This document shows positions 48,620 through 58,634 of a stretch of 64,000 bases of DNA, piece by piece (position 1 is the first letter of the stretch; each line of letters opens with the position of its first letter). The stretch covers positions 1,696,001 through 1,760,000 of the forward strand of contig OZ243974.1 in the NCBI GenBank assembly GCA_965214775.1, written 5' to 3'. The notes under the pieces were generated by a model. The model worked only from the letters and a program-made list of their open reading frames with translations, had not been told where the DNA came from and did no database searches. A program made the translations under genes and the position numbers. The stretch is from Nitrosopumilus sp. GTDB taxonomy: Archaea > Thermoproteota > Nitrososphaeria > Nitrososphaerales > Nitrosopumilaceae.

Positions 48620-48714
48620 CGTTGGCGACGGGAATTGAACCCGCATGAACGGCCCGTATGGGGGCCCCTCGCCGAGGCCTAAACTCGGTGGGCTTGCCAA
48701 TGCCCAACGCCAAC
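48620..48714 (-). tRNA. Atypical tRNA, TAG anticodon (Leu) with 27-nt variable region and G discriminator
   Basis: GTTGGCG/CGCCAAC acceptor stem, GGGC/GCCC D stem, CCGAG-TTTAGGC-CTCGG anticodon arm, GCGGG-TTCAATT-CCCGT T arm. Confidence 0.8.
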
Positions 48715-48919
48715 GTCATTTCTTGGGCCTGCTTTGTATATTAGATTACAAAAGCTGGATTTCGGGTAACAGTTCAAGGACTGCATTGCAGTGCAGATTG
48801 ACAGACTCAACGCCATCCAGACTGCACGGATTTTCCCTGTTGCAATGTAATCTGAACCCGTGAACAGGATGGAACCTGACGCATCACAAACATGACATGC
48901 AGAACCGCCACACATGGTA

Positions 48920-49324
48920 CTATTTCAGACCCAGCCATGAGAGTCTTTTCAGATCTGCAAAGAATTGCTCATGGACTTCTGCCGGCGGCCGGTTATACGG
49001 AAAATTCTCAAGCACGTACAGCCTCTGGTCTATTATGCGCACCAACCCGAGCTGTTGGTTGGTTCTCAGATTCTCAGAATGTGTCACATCTACTACGGCA
49101 CCCTGCAGTTCAGACTGGAAGCGTTCAAACCATTCGTCATTCCCAAACAGCTTGCCACTGTCACCAGGAACGGGTCTTATGCGCGCGTCAATCTGCCTGA
49201 AAGACCTTCGGAGACTGGATATCTCCTGTCCTCTTTTTATTTTCCTGATTGCCATGGAAATGACATTTACTATTCCAACAACTATAATTCCCCCCATGAT
49301 TGAATGCAGCCATGGCTCGATCAT
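48920..49324 (-). CDS. Membrane-anchored hypothetical protein
   Basis: 134 aa, N-terminal TM, preceded by the shared promoter motif. Confidence 0.65.
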   Translation of the reverse strand: MIEPWLHSIMGGIIVVGIVNVISMAIRKIKRGQEISSLRRSFRQIDARIRPVPGDSGKLFGNDEWFERFQSELQGAVVDVTHSENLRTNQQLGLVRIIDQRLYVLENFPYNRPPAEVHEQFFADLKRLSWLGLK

Positions 49325-49412
49325 CTGACTTGAAATTGTCTGTGTGGATTTAAAGCGCGGTATGACTGCCGGCCTTGATACTTTTTATAACAACACCGCA
49401 TACATTCAGCAG

Positions 49413-49883
49413 ATGATACTGCAGCCGGAGGAGCGCGTACTGTTCATAATAAACGACAATGCCGTACACGGGGCGACACGGCTGCAGAAATACGGGTTTC
49501 TGCTGCACAAACAGTACCGGAAGGAGCTGTCAGAGCTGGCAATCGAGTACATGGTGCCGTTTTATGACGACTGGAAGGCATACCATTACGGGCCGTTCAG
49601 CAGGCAGCTGGAGGCAGACATAGAAAAATGCGTCGATGCGGGGCTGATAAAAAAGGATGCCGGCAGCGGCAATCACAAGTATGATATATACTCCCTCACC
49701 ACGAAGGGGCGCGTCAAGTGGCGCAGGCTGCTGGCAGAAAAGACGTCGGAGATAGGCGACCTGCACGAGAAGATACGCCTCCTACAGGCCGAGAACCTCC
49801 GCACGCTGCTGACGAAAATCTACAACGCGTACCCCGAGTATATCGTCAACAGCAGGATAAGGGACGAGATAGCATCACACTGA
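49413..49883 (+). CDS. YwgA/SocA(Panacea)-like wHTH protein
   Basis: TRLQKYGFLL...WKAYHYGPFS...YSLTTKG; TATA box at 49383-49390 supports this start. Confidence 0.75.
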   Translation: MILQPEERVLFIINDNAVHGATRLQKYGFLLHKQYRKELSELAIEYMVPFYDDWKAYHYGPFSRQLEADIEKCVDAGLIKKDAGSGNHKYDIYSLTTKGRVKWRRLLAEKTSEIGDLHEKIRLLQAENLRTLLTKIYNAYPEYIVNSRIRDEIASH

Positions 49884-50261
49884 ACTGATCCTGTTGACTA
49901 TCCTCAGGTGCCGGACAAAATATGCCGGCGGAATCGCAAACATGGACGCCAGCAGGATGGACAGCAATGCGAGATCCCCTTCGAAGAGCCCGAACACGGC
50001 AACGAATCCCAGCAGCATTATGACGGACATCGAGAACAGGTCTATCTTGAATCCGACGCTCCTGTTCTCATTCCTGTTGACCCGGTACGTGACTATCTGC
50101 GTGCGCAGTGCCTCCTCCAGTGACTCGGTCTCTGGTCCGCGCTGATCCTTTGCATCGGAGATCTTATTCAGCTTCTTCTCAAAGGACAGTATTATCGCAT
50201 TGTATCTGGTGTCAAGGTACACGAAGCGCGATGTTATTATGATTCCAATGACTATTACCAT
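49875..50261 (-). CDS. Membrane protein, probably 5'-truncated by the IS
   Basis: Three hydrophobic segments; the start abuts the IS end. Confidence 0.55.
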   Translation of the reverse strand: MVIVIGIIITSRFVYLDTRYNAIILSFEKKLNKISDAKDQRGPETESLEEALRTQIVTYRVNRNENRSVGFKIDLFSMSVIMLLGFVAVFGLFEGDLALLSILLASMFAIPPAYFVRHLRIVNRISSV

Positions 50262-50263
50262 TA

Positions 50264-51746
50264 GACTTTATGCGTAATCGACCGTGATTAAAAATTCCGT
50301 AGGCTTTTCCAAACGCAAATGCGCTGATCGGATCAAATTACCGCATGCATCTCGTGTCATGACGCACGTAAAAGTCAGTTGCGCCAAAAGAACGTGCGCA
50401 ACCATGCAGCACGGCAATGTGCCCCGCTGACAAGTCAGAAAGAATGGCGGTCCGTACCGCCGTATGTCATGTGTCTGGCAGCAGATGCAGTTGCTGCAGC
50501 AGCTGGCCGTAGTGTTTTTTCCTTTTCAGCATAGTCTTGAGGTTCTCAAGACCCGTGATTATCTGCATGAAATAGTTTAGATCCTTGGCAGTTCCGCCAA
50601 ACGGCATGGTAAGAATGCCATATCTTTTGAGCCGTCCTATGTGGTGCTCCACTCTGACGCGGACCCTGCTTATCTGCTCGCGGCGCCTCTTTTGCGTTGC
50701 AGTAAGATCCCCGTCCCTGGGCTTCTTTGGGGGCTGCCTGTGTATGGCGCCCGGAAGCATCTTTTGAATGCCCTCAAATCCCAGGTCGCTGTAAATCACA
50801 AACGCCTCTTCCGGATCGTCTGCGTTTTTTGCATTCCTCATTGATCCGGTGTGCCTTCCAAAGTCCGGGCCGCCCCCTGCGTTCATCACGCCCTTGTCGT
50901 TGACGCTTCCGTCCACAGTCTTGCCGCAGTGCAGTATGAGGCCGTCCAGGTTCGAGGTAATTATCGTGTTGAACATGTGCCGCTTTTTTCTTCCCGAATA
51001 TCTGGTCTTTCTTGCGGTCCTGTCCCCGGGCCTGTCTACCGGAGTCAGGGTGCCGTCAATCAGGAGCGTCTTTTTTGGGATCAGCACCTCCTCCAGCTTG
51101 CCTGCCGGGGTCTTGCAGATGATGCTTGTTAGCTTTTCGGAGGCAGGCAGGAGCCGGCGCAGTAACACGGCACCGTACCGGAGGTACCTGGACATTGTGG
51201 ACTGGTCGACGTCAAATGTCGCGGCCAGATGATGCTGCGTTGCCTTGGTCCTTATGCTCATGAGTACTGCAAGCAGCGCGTGCCTGATGTACAGTTTGCA
51301 CCGGTTTCCGGCATCGCCGCCTCTTACGTCGTCCTCCCAGAACAGGGGTCTGTCCTCGTCGTCCATGACTTCTTCCGTAAAGCGCTCCAGTATGATCTCA
51401 AATGACTCCTTTGTGCATCCCGTGACGTTGCGAAGGCGCACCGGATCGCCGATTATGCCGTCTGCAACCTCGATTGCGTGCATCCGCAGAGGCGTCCCGC
51501 CGCGCACGACTCTTTTTGTCTTGTTTTCTTCGGACTGCCACAACGAGTCCTCAAACGCAAGCCTGCTCTTCAGATGCTCGTTTTGCTCTACCAAACTCTT
51601 GTTTTGCTCTTGCAGTGTTTGGACAAACTCGACATCTGAACCCATACCGTTAGAGAGCCATTACTGATCTTTATGGTTGTAGGTATGCAAACCATGATCT
51701 GTTGTGTTGTATTTTTAGATCAGATTTTCCAATTACGCATAAAGTC
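50264..51746 (-). mobile_element. IS5-family (DDE_Tnp_4) element, transposase 50467-51645
   Basis: TIR GACTTTATGCGTAAT; LIDGT, YSGRKK, SDLGF and RVRVEH motifs. Confidence 0.92.
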
Positions 51747-52448
51747 TAATGTTCCCTTTAGTGACTTTTTGGGACTGTTGCTGTCCCATATTGACAGGGT
51801 GTTTGCAATTCTGTATATGTCAATTTTTCCATAAGGAACCCCCGTAAACAGTGCATCTCTCATCAGATAATCAAGCCTGTCGGCATCCAGCTGGCTACTG
51901 ATAAGCTGTGATACGAACAGCAACTCTTCTGACACCTTGTGACTCAATATGTCGCATACCATCTGTGGGGCTATCTTGTTTCGTTTTAGTATGCCTCCAA
52001 TCATCCCGCTGCGAATTATGTCCTGCGCAAGATCCTCGTGGTTGAATCTTCCGTTTTGAAGGAATTTTTCTGACGCATGTGAGAATGGCCCGTGTCCTAT
52101 ATCGTGTAACAAGGCAGCTACTGCACCTACAGGTCTAAGCCTTTCGCTCTTACGCTTGGTTATCTTTGAGTTCTTCACCACAGAATCAAACAGCACAAGA
52201 AATGTGTGCATTACACCTATGCTGTGTGCAAACCTAGAATGTGTCGCATTCGGATAGACAGCAGATACAAGGCCAAGCTGATTCAGTCGCCTCAGCCTCT
52301 GGAAAAACGGCGTATCGATCAGCTGCCGTATCACAGGATATTCTGAAATATCTATAAAATTATGAACCGGATCCATTATGCGTACAATCTTTTCGCCTTT
52401 TTCCCTGCATGGAACTTTTTTCAATTCGTAATGCTTTGTGCTGCCCAC
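51747..52448 (-). pseudogene. SAMHD1/YwfO-like HD phosphohydrolase, 3'-truncated by the IS
   Basis: DPVH, QRLRRL.QLG, HSRFAHSIG, LLHDIGHGPFSH and DADRLDYL motifs. Confidence 0.88.
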
Positions 52449-52639
52449 TCGGTTAGTGTGATAGTGGCGGTTAAAAGTTGATCCTAATGTAGTTGTTTAC
52501 TCCAGAATGTACCAATAACACAACTTCATCGGGTACAATGACGCGTGGAATTGAAAAAATGAGGTAGGAATACTGTAAGCGTTCCAATCGCTTTCTACCG
52601 TTTGCGTGATCGGGGATCCGAACCCACTGCGGGCTCCGA

Positions 52640-52838
52640 CACCTTAAGGGTCAGGTACCTGCCGACGGCCACCCCGAGGCTCAGCGGCATAGAGGAGTAC
52701 TGGCACCAGGCAAAGCGCGACGTGATGGTCTCCGAGTATTATGCCACCATTGAGATGAATAAGACGCTGTCCGAGTACCTGAGGACTGTCGGATTCGCGC
52801 ATGATGTTATGGAGTATATCGGGGCAAACCCGAACTGA
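52640..52838 (+). pseudogene. IS630 transposase C-terminal fragment
   Basis: YLPTATPRLSGIEEYWHQAK. Confidence 0.75.
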
Positions 52839-52859
52839 TCAAAGACTTGTGCTCGTCAC

Positions 52860-53135
52860 CATAGTACTCCACGTATGCAGCCAAGCTCTCATAGTGGTGG
52901 ATTTCCTTCTCTATGCTGCCGTGCAACCGTTCCAGCTTGCCGTTGGTCTCCGGGTGGTACGGTTCTGAGTTTATCAGCCCGATGCCGCAGTCCAGCAGCT
53001 CGGCCTCAAATGCAGTCGGCCTCCACGTCCCCTTGGGTATGTTCTTCTTGCTGCGGCCGCCGTTGAAGCACCTGCCGTTGTCAGACAGTATGGCAGCCTG
53101 CATGCCAAATCTGTCTATGGCCTCCCTGAGGGTTG
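52860..53135 (-). pseudogene. IS481 transposase fragment
   Basis: ILSDNGRCFNGGRSKK...HPETNGKLER, nearly identical to the 11631 copy. Confidence 0.85.
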
Positions 53136-53398
53136 TAACCGGGGTTGTCGCCTAATTGACCTGCTTGGCTCAATCTACACGTTTTCCTGAACCTGCACTC
53201 CTCCAGCACTCCTAGGTTCGGATGACATCGTATGGTTTTCAGAAATTCTGATGAATTAGGCGACAATCCCCATCATATGTGATCATCCCATAGATGTTTT
53301 CAAAATGGCCGGCGGAACGCTGTAATGTCAAAAAAAACAGGATGGCACGCAATCACACGACCGCTCAGTAAATAACCCCCATCATCACACAGAATCTC

Positions 53399-55159
53399 AT
53401 GTGCTCGATTATTGGCTACTATGGAAGTGAGGATGCAGCGCCGATTTTGGTCAAGGGCCTCAAGAGAATGGAGTACAGGGGTTATGACAGTGTCGGGGTA
53501 TCCACGGAAAATGAAAACGAGATTAGGATCAAAAAAGGCACGGGCAAGGTAAACGAGGTAAATTCCAAGGTCCGTCTGGATTCTCTTCCCGGAAAAATCG
53601 GAATCGGCCATACAAGGTGGGCCACCCATGGAAAAGTAACGGATCTTAATGCCCATCCACATCCAAGCAATTCAGGCAAGATAGCAGTCGTACACAATGG
53701 AATTGTTGAAAACTTTGAAGAATTGAAAAGCCAGCTAGAAGACGAAGGATACGCCTTCAAAAGTGAGACGGACAGCGAGGTAATCGCAAATCTTTTGCAA
53801 AAAAATTATGAAATCACAAAAGACGTCAAAGAAACCATTCTAAAAACGGTATCCAAACTGCAAGGACATTATGCCTTTGTCGCAATGTTTGAAAACGGGC
53901 AGTTAGCGGCAGCTAGATTTCATGAACCGCTGATTATCGGGGTCAGACAGGATGACTTTTTTTTGTCAAGTGACGTGCTAGGATTCATCGAGTATACCGA
54001 CGATGCAATTTACATGGAAAACGAAAATTTTGTAATTCTAGAGAAAGGCAAGCTGCAAATTCTAGATTTTGACGGGGAGCGTGCAAAATATGAAATCAAC
54101 AAGGTTTCAAAAGAATTCGGTGATGCATACAAAGGTGATTATGCCCACTTTACATTGAAGGAAATCTACGAGCAGCCTGAAACGATTCTCAAGGCAGGGG
54201 AGAGAACTTTGGATGAAATTAAAAGTACGGCAGATTACATCGCACATGCCAAAAACATCTACATAACGGGCAGCGGCACAAGTTACAATTCAGCCCTGAT
54301 AGCAAAGCAAATCCTTTCAAGATATGCAAAGGTAAAGGCAGAGCCCATCATATCAAGCGAGCTCCAGTTCTCACCGGACACCATCGAAGAGAATTCAATT
54401 TTGGTGGCCATCTCCCAGAGCGGAGAAAGTGCGGACGTTCTTGATGCAGTAAAAATTGCAAAAAAGGCAAAGTGCAAAATTATTGCCATTGTCAATCTGC
54501 TCACATCGTCACTGGCACGAGAGGCAGACCTCACAATAGGAATGAATTGCGGGCCTGAAATCGGCGTTGCCGCAACAAAGAGCTTTACCTCACAGCTAGT
54601 GATCCTCTATAAGATTGCCCGGTATCTAAACGAGGAAAGCTTGAAAAACGACTTTAAAAAGACATCACAGTCAATAGGCAGGATTTTAGAGGATCCCACA
54701 GGTGTCCAGAAAACCGCAAAGGCACTAAGGGACATTTCAGACATTTACGTTCTTGGAAGGGGGATCCATTATCCAATCGCAATCGAGGCGTCGCTGAAGC
54801 TCAAGGAACTGGCATACATCCATGCCGAAGGAATTCCCGGGGGCGAACTGAAACACGGGACACTGGCACTGATAGACGAGAATGTCTTTGTAATAATCAT
54901 CAATCCGGACGATTCGACATTTACAGACACCCTGACAAGTGCAAGGGAAATCAAAGCCAGAGGGGCCAAAATCATCGGAATTTCAGACGTCCATAGCGAT
55001 GTTTATGATTATTGGATTGAAATTCCAAAGATTTCCGAGTCAGAATTTCCGATTTTAGAAATCGTTCCGATTCAACTGTTGTCGTACTATGCTGCACTGG
55101 AAAAGGATGCAGACCCCGATTACCCAAGAAATTTGGCAAAATCAGTTACAGTAAAGTAG
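53399..55159 (+). CDS. glmS: Glutamine-fructose-6-phosphate transaminase
   Basis: MCSIIG, EYRGYDS, GHTRWATHG and NLAKSVTV motifs. Confidence 0.98.
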   Translation: MCSIIGYYGSEDAAPILVKGLKRMEYRGYDSVGVSTENENEIRIKKGTGKVNEVNSKVRLDSLPGKIGIGHTRWATHGKVTDLNAHPHPSNSGKIAVVHNGIVENFEELKSQLEDEGYAFKSETDSEVIANLLQKNYEITKDVKETILKTVSKLQGHYAFVAMFENGQLAAARFHEPLIIGVRQDDFFLSSDVLGFIEYTDDAIYMENENFVILEKGKLQILDFDGERAKYEINKVSKEFGDAYKGDYAHFTLKEIYEQPETILKAGERTLDEIKSTADYIAHAKNIYITGSGTSYNSALIAKQILSRYAKVKAEPIISSELQFSPDTIEENSILVAISQSGESADVLDAVKIAKKAKCKIIAIVNLLTSSLAREADLTIGMNCGPEIGVAATKSFTSQLVILYKIARYLNEESLKNDFKKTSQSIGRILEDPTGVQKTAKALRDISDIYVLGRGIHYPIAIEASLKLKELAYIHAEGIPGGELKHGTLALIDENVFVIIINPDDSTFTDTLTSAREIKARGAKIIGISDVHSDVYDYWIEIPKISESEFPILEIVPIQLLSYYAALEKDADPDYPRNLAKSVTVK

Positions 55160-56210
55160 ACAGCCTAGCATATTCTTTTTCTGCATTTTCCAGGTACTTT
55201 GCCTTGTCTAGCCCGGACTTTATCATTGAAGAGACGATACAGCCGCCTGCACCAACCCCGTCTTTTGCAAATCCCTCAGAAAACGCCTTCAATCCGGAGA
55301 ATTTTGATCTTTCCAGCTCAGGATCCACTGAAAATGCCGGGATGTCAGAGACTTTTTGAATCAGCTGGCCAAAGTTTGCAGAATCATCGTTTGCAACGTA
55401 TATAGTCGTCCCTATGGCCGTATTCTCGTCCTGAAAGCCGATTTTCTCGGCAAATGCCAAGACTGCTGCCATCTGTGTGCCGCCTGCCAGCAGAACTTTG
55501 GATACATCAGAGGCAGAGCTAAGCATTCCGGCTACAAACGGTATCATGGGATCGCCAACTTCGGCAAGAATGCCGTACGGATGATCAGACTTGATTCTTG
55601 CCAGTGCCGAGGAAACGACTTTATTTTTTAGTCTTACGGGATTGGCAGGAATGCTGGAACTGACCTTTGCATCAAATCCCAACGCCCTTAATACTGCCAG
55701 GGCAGTGGTTGTTCCGCCGGGAATGCATTCGCCAATCACCAGGCAGTCAGTAAGAGAAGCCAGGTTCCTTCCCACGATTCTTCCATAATCCACTGCACGG
55801 GCCACGTCCGAATCAGTCATGGACTGCTCAACGGAGATGTTTTTTCCAAACGGCAAACCGGTTTCAATAAACGGGAGTTGGGGAGCAATCTTGCTTCCGG
55901 CGTTAATTGTAATGTGGGGAATGCTTGATGACTCCAAGGCAACCTTAGTCAGCAGGCCGGGAGTGGGTTTTCCGTCAGGGGTCATCGGTATTTTGTCAAT
56001 TGTTTTACAATACCCGTAATGGAGGTATTCGGCATCTGCAGGAGGAGTGCACTGAATGAGATCCCTTTTAGCGCCTGCAATGGTGATTTCGGGAATTTCA
56101 CAGGTTTCAGTGTATGATATTACAAGTGAAAACAGAAAATTTTTGGATTTTACAGACTCTAAAAAATTGGTTGCCCTGTCTGGATTTCCGGAAATTTGAA
56201 AGGCCTCCAA
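55146..56210 (-). CDS. cobT: Archaeal NMN-dependent phosphoribosyltransferase CobT
   Basis: TPPADAE, GECIPGGTTTA, AGGTQM and KDGVGAGG motifs. Confidence 0.9.
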   Translation of the reverse strand: MEAFQISGNPDRATNFLESVKSKNFLFSLVISYTETCEIPEITIAGAKRDLIQCTPPADAEYLHYGYCKTIDKIPMTPDGKPTPGLLTKVALESSSIPHITINAGSKIAPQLPFIETGLPFGKNISVEQSMTDSDVARAVDYGRIVGRNLASLTDCLVIGECIPGGTTTALAVLRALGFDAKVSSSIPANPVRLKNKVVSSALARIKSDHPYGILAEVGDPMIPFVAGMLSSASDVSKVLLAGGTQMAAVLAFAEKIGFQDENTAIGTTIYVANDDSANFGQLIQKVSDIPAFSVDPELERSKFSGLKAFSEGFAKDGVGAGGCIVSSMIKSGLDKAKYLENAEKEYARLSTLL

Positions 56211-56214
56211 AGCA

Positions 56215-56826
56215 TCACCGGCCCATCATTTCAAGAAATTCCTGCTCTGATCTTCTTTGCATTATATGATTCGTCTTTTTTTCCTTGCCAATCGTCGAGG
56301 TCTCAGATGAGCCATAGTTGTGTCCAGGATACATTGTCAGGTCGTCATCCAGGAAATACAGAACGTCAAAGAGGCTGTGATAGAGCTCTCTTGCGCTTCC
56401 GCCGGGAAGATCAACACGTCCGCAGTTTCCCACAAATAACGTATCGCCGGAGAAGATCTTTGCATCGCCAACCAGGCACATGCTGTCTTTAGAATGTCCC
56501 GGGGTGTGAATGACTTTTAACTTTGAATTTCCAAATTCGATAAGATCGCCATCCCTGACAGAGATGTCGTGCTTTAACTCAGATGATTCGTGCTGTATGA
56601 TTGGTGCTCCGGTAGATTCGGCCATGGCCTCATTTCCCAGCGTATGATCATAGTGATGGTGGGTATTGACAATATACTTGACTTTCAAGCCGTTTTTCTT
56701 GATTGCCAATTCTAGTTGGGCCAGTTCCCATGACGGATCAATGATGATTGCCTCATTTGTGTCCTCGTCTTCTACAATGTAGGTGAAGTTCTGCATACCT
56801 CCGACCTGCAGCTGATGCACAATCAT
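56215..56826 (-). CDS. Metallo-beta-lactamase-fold hydrolase (glyoxalase II-like)
   Basis: THHHYDH, HTPGHS, SGDTLF and YPGH motifs. Confidence 0.92.
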   Translation of the reverse strand: MIVHQLQVGGMQNFTYIVEDEDTNEAIIIDPSWELAQLELAIKKNGLKVKYIVNTHHHYDHTLGNEAMAESTGAPIIQHESSELKHDISVRDGDLIEFGNSKLKVIHTPGHSKDSMCLVGDAKIFSGDTLFVGNCGRVDLPGGSARELYHSLFDVLYFLDDDLTMYPGHNYGSSETSTIGKEKKTNHIMQRRSEQEFLEMMGR

Positions 56827-57470
56827 AGGATTCCCTCTTCGGCTTCCGGCGGAATCCCGATTTTCTCGGCAAATAACTTGCCGGTCAAATCCTTTCTTTT
56901 TGGAATCCCTTGCTTCATTTTATGAAAAGTTACCGTCAAATCGCACTTTGCAACAACGTTTGCAGTTTCTCCGGTTTGGGGATCCAGGCCGGACGGAACG
57001 TCGACTGCAAATTTGAAACAGTCTGCCTTGTTGATGTAGTTGATTGCAGAGGCATACGGTTCGCGGATTTGGCCAGAAATTCCGGTTCCCAAAATCGCAT
57101 CAATTATCACATCAGGGGCAGAGTCAAGCTTGATTTCGTCTCCAGCAAGCAGGGTGACAGAGGGCATCTTCTCAAGAATGCTCCAATTCCAGCTGCTCTC
57201 CTCGGTTTTGATCTTCTCAGCAGGACCAAGTAGCTTTACAGTCACGCTGGCGCCGTAGCCAGAAAGATGTCTGGCCATGACTAGTCCGTCCCCGCCGTTG
57301 TTTCCCATACCGGCAAGAATCAGAATTTTTTTGGATGCAACATCTCCAAACCCCTCTATTAACCGCCTTGCAGCAGCCGCTCCTGCATTTTCCATCATGA
57401 ATTTTTTCAAAAATCCCATGCCATGGCCCTTGTTTTCAATATTGTACATTTGATCCACGGTAATTTCCAT
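56823..57470 (-). CDS. nnrE: NAD(P)H-hydrate epimerase
   Basis: MENAG, GNNGGDG, DAILGTG and AVDVPSG motifs; start set at MEITVDQ. Confidence 0.93.
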   Translation of the reverse strand: MEITVDQMYNIENKGHGMGFLKKFMMENAGAAAARRLIEGFGDVASKKILILAGMGNNGGDGLVMARHLSGYGASVTVKLLGPAEKIKTEESSWNWSILEKMPSVTLLAGDEIKLDSAPDVIIDAILGTGISGQIREPYASAINYINKADCFKFAVDVPSGLDPQTGETANVVAKCDLTVTFHKMKQGIPKRKDLTGKLFAEKIGIPPEAEEGIL

Positions 57471-57628
57471 GATTAGAAAAAAACCACATCCAAGATAAGA
57501 GCTTTGGGGATCATGAGTTTCATCCAAGCCGATTTTTTGTTCAAAGCGATGAAATGGCAAGGGATTTTGCGCCTCAAGTAGGAAAATGTGGCAAACGGCT
57601 TTATCCTAGTTTAGGATCATTTGCAGTT

Positions 57629-58243
57629 ATGGCATTAAGGAACGTCAAGGCCTCGTTAGGCAAGATTGCAATATCTTTGGGCAGAGTCCAGGATGCCAGG
57701 GAATTTTTGTTAAAGAACACACGAGAAGTGGTTGTTTTATGCAGCAGATCAATTATTGCAGTTCACAGGGGAGACGTCAAAGCCGCAAAGGCAGACTTGA
57801 AGCAAGCAGAATCACTATTAAAAGAATACAGGAGAAAGGCAACGGGGGATTTGCAAAGACACCTTGCAGTTTCTGAGCAGGAATTTGTAGAGGCTGCAGC
57901 ATTAATTGCAATAGTTGAGAAAAAAGAGATTCCGACAGACAGGAAATTGGCAGTAATGCCGGACTCGTATGTTCTGGGATTACTTGATTGCGTCGGAGAA
58001 CTAAAGAGAATGGTGTTTGATAAAATCAGAATCGGGGAAACTGACGAGGCGGCAAGGGTTTTTGACATAATGGAGAGTTTGTATCTGAGTCTTTACACGT
58101 TTTCAACGTATGACAAAGTTGTAAAAGAGGCAAGAAGAAAAATCGACGTAAACAGAATCTTGGTCGATGACGTAAGATCTGCAATAACTGAAGAAAAGAG
58201 AAGATCTGATTTGATCAAGACCCTGCAAAATCTAAAGAGATGA
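57629..58243 (+). CDS. Translin-family RNA-binding protein
   Basis: QEFVEA...YVLGLLDCVGELKR...RRKID. Confidence 0.88.
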   Translation: MALRNVKASLGKIAISLGRVQDAREFLLKNTREVVVLCSRSIIAVHRGDVKAAKADLKQAESLLKEYRRKATGDLQRHLAVSEQEFVEAAALIAIVEKKEIPTDRKLAVMPDSYVLGLLDCVGELKRMVFDKIRIGETDEAARVFDIMESLYLSLYTFSTYDKVVKEARRKIDVNRILVDDVRSAITEEKRRSDLIKTLQNLKR

Positions 58244-58259
58244 TTTTCAAGACTGTGTA

Positions 58260-58344
58260 TGCGGGCGATGGGATTTGAACCCACGAACTCCTGAGAGACT
58301 AGCCCCTCAAGCTAGCGCCTTTGGCCAGGCTGGGCGACGCCCGC
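58260..58344 (-). tRNA. tRNA-Leu(GAG)
   Basis: Canonical cloverleaf, loop TTGAGGG, discriminator A. Confidence 0.96.
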
Positions 58345-58396
58345 AACAAGATTTTCTTGCATGGTTTTTATAATCCTTGGTTAGTTCTCCGATTGT

Positions 58397-58633
58397 ATGC
58401 TAATTCCTGTCAGATGTTTTACCTGTGGAAAGATGATTGCCGATAAATTTGATGACTATCAAAACAGAATCAAGGTAGGAGAGGATCCGGCAAAAATTCT
58501 TGATTCGTCAGGAACAGAAAGGTATTGCTGCAGAAGAATGCTGCTGACAACCGTTGAAACAATTCAGCAGGTAATTCCGTTCTATGAGGCAATTCAGAGA
58601 AGAAAGCAAGAAGTCCAGTCTGAGTTAGAGTAA
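58397..58633 (+). CDS. rpo10: RNA polymerase subunit Rpo10 (N)
   Basis: MLIPVRCFTCGK...RYCCRRMLL. Confidence 0.98.
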   Translation: MLIPVRCFTCGKMIADKFDDYQNRIKVGEDPAKILDSSGTERYCCRRMLLTTVETIQQVIPFYEAIQRRKQEVQSELE

Positions 58634-58634
58634 T

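Noticed and set aside
48620-48714. tRNA-Sec, tRNA-Pyl or stop-suppressor tRNA
   Set aside because: The 7-nt loop centres on TAG, not TCA, CTA or TTA; the D stem has 4 bp; no sel or pyl genes are in the window.
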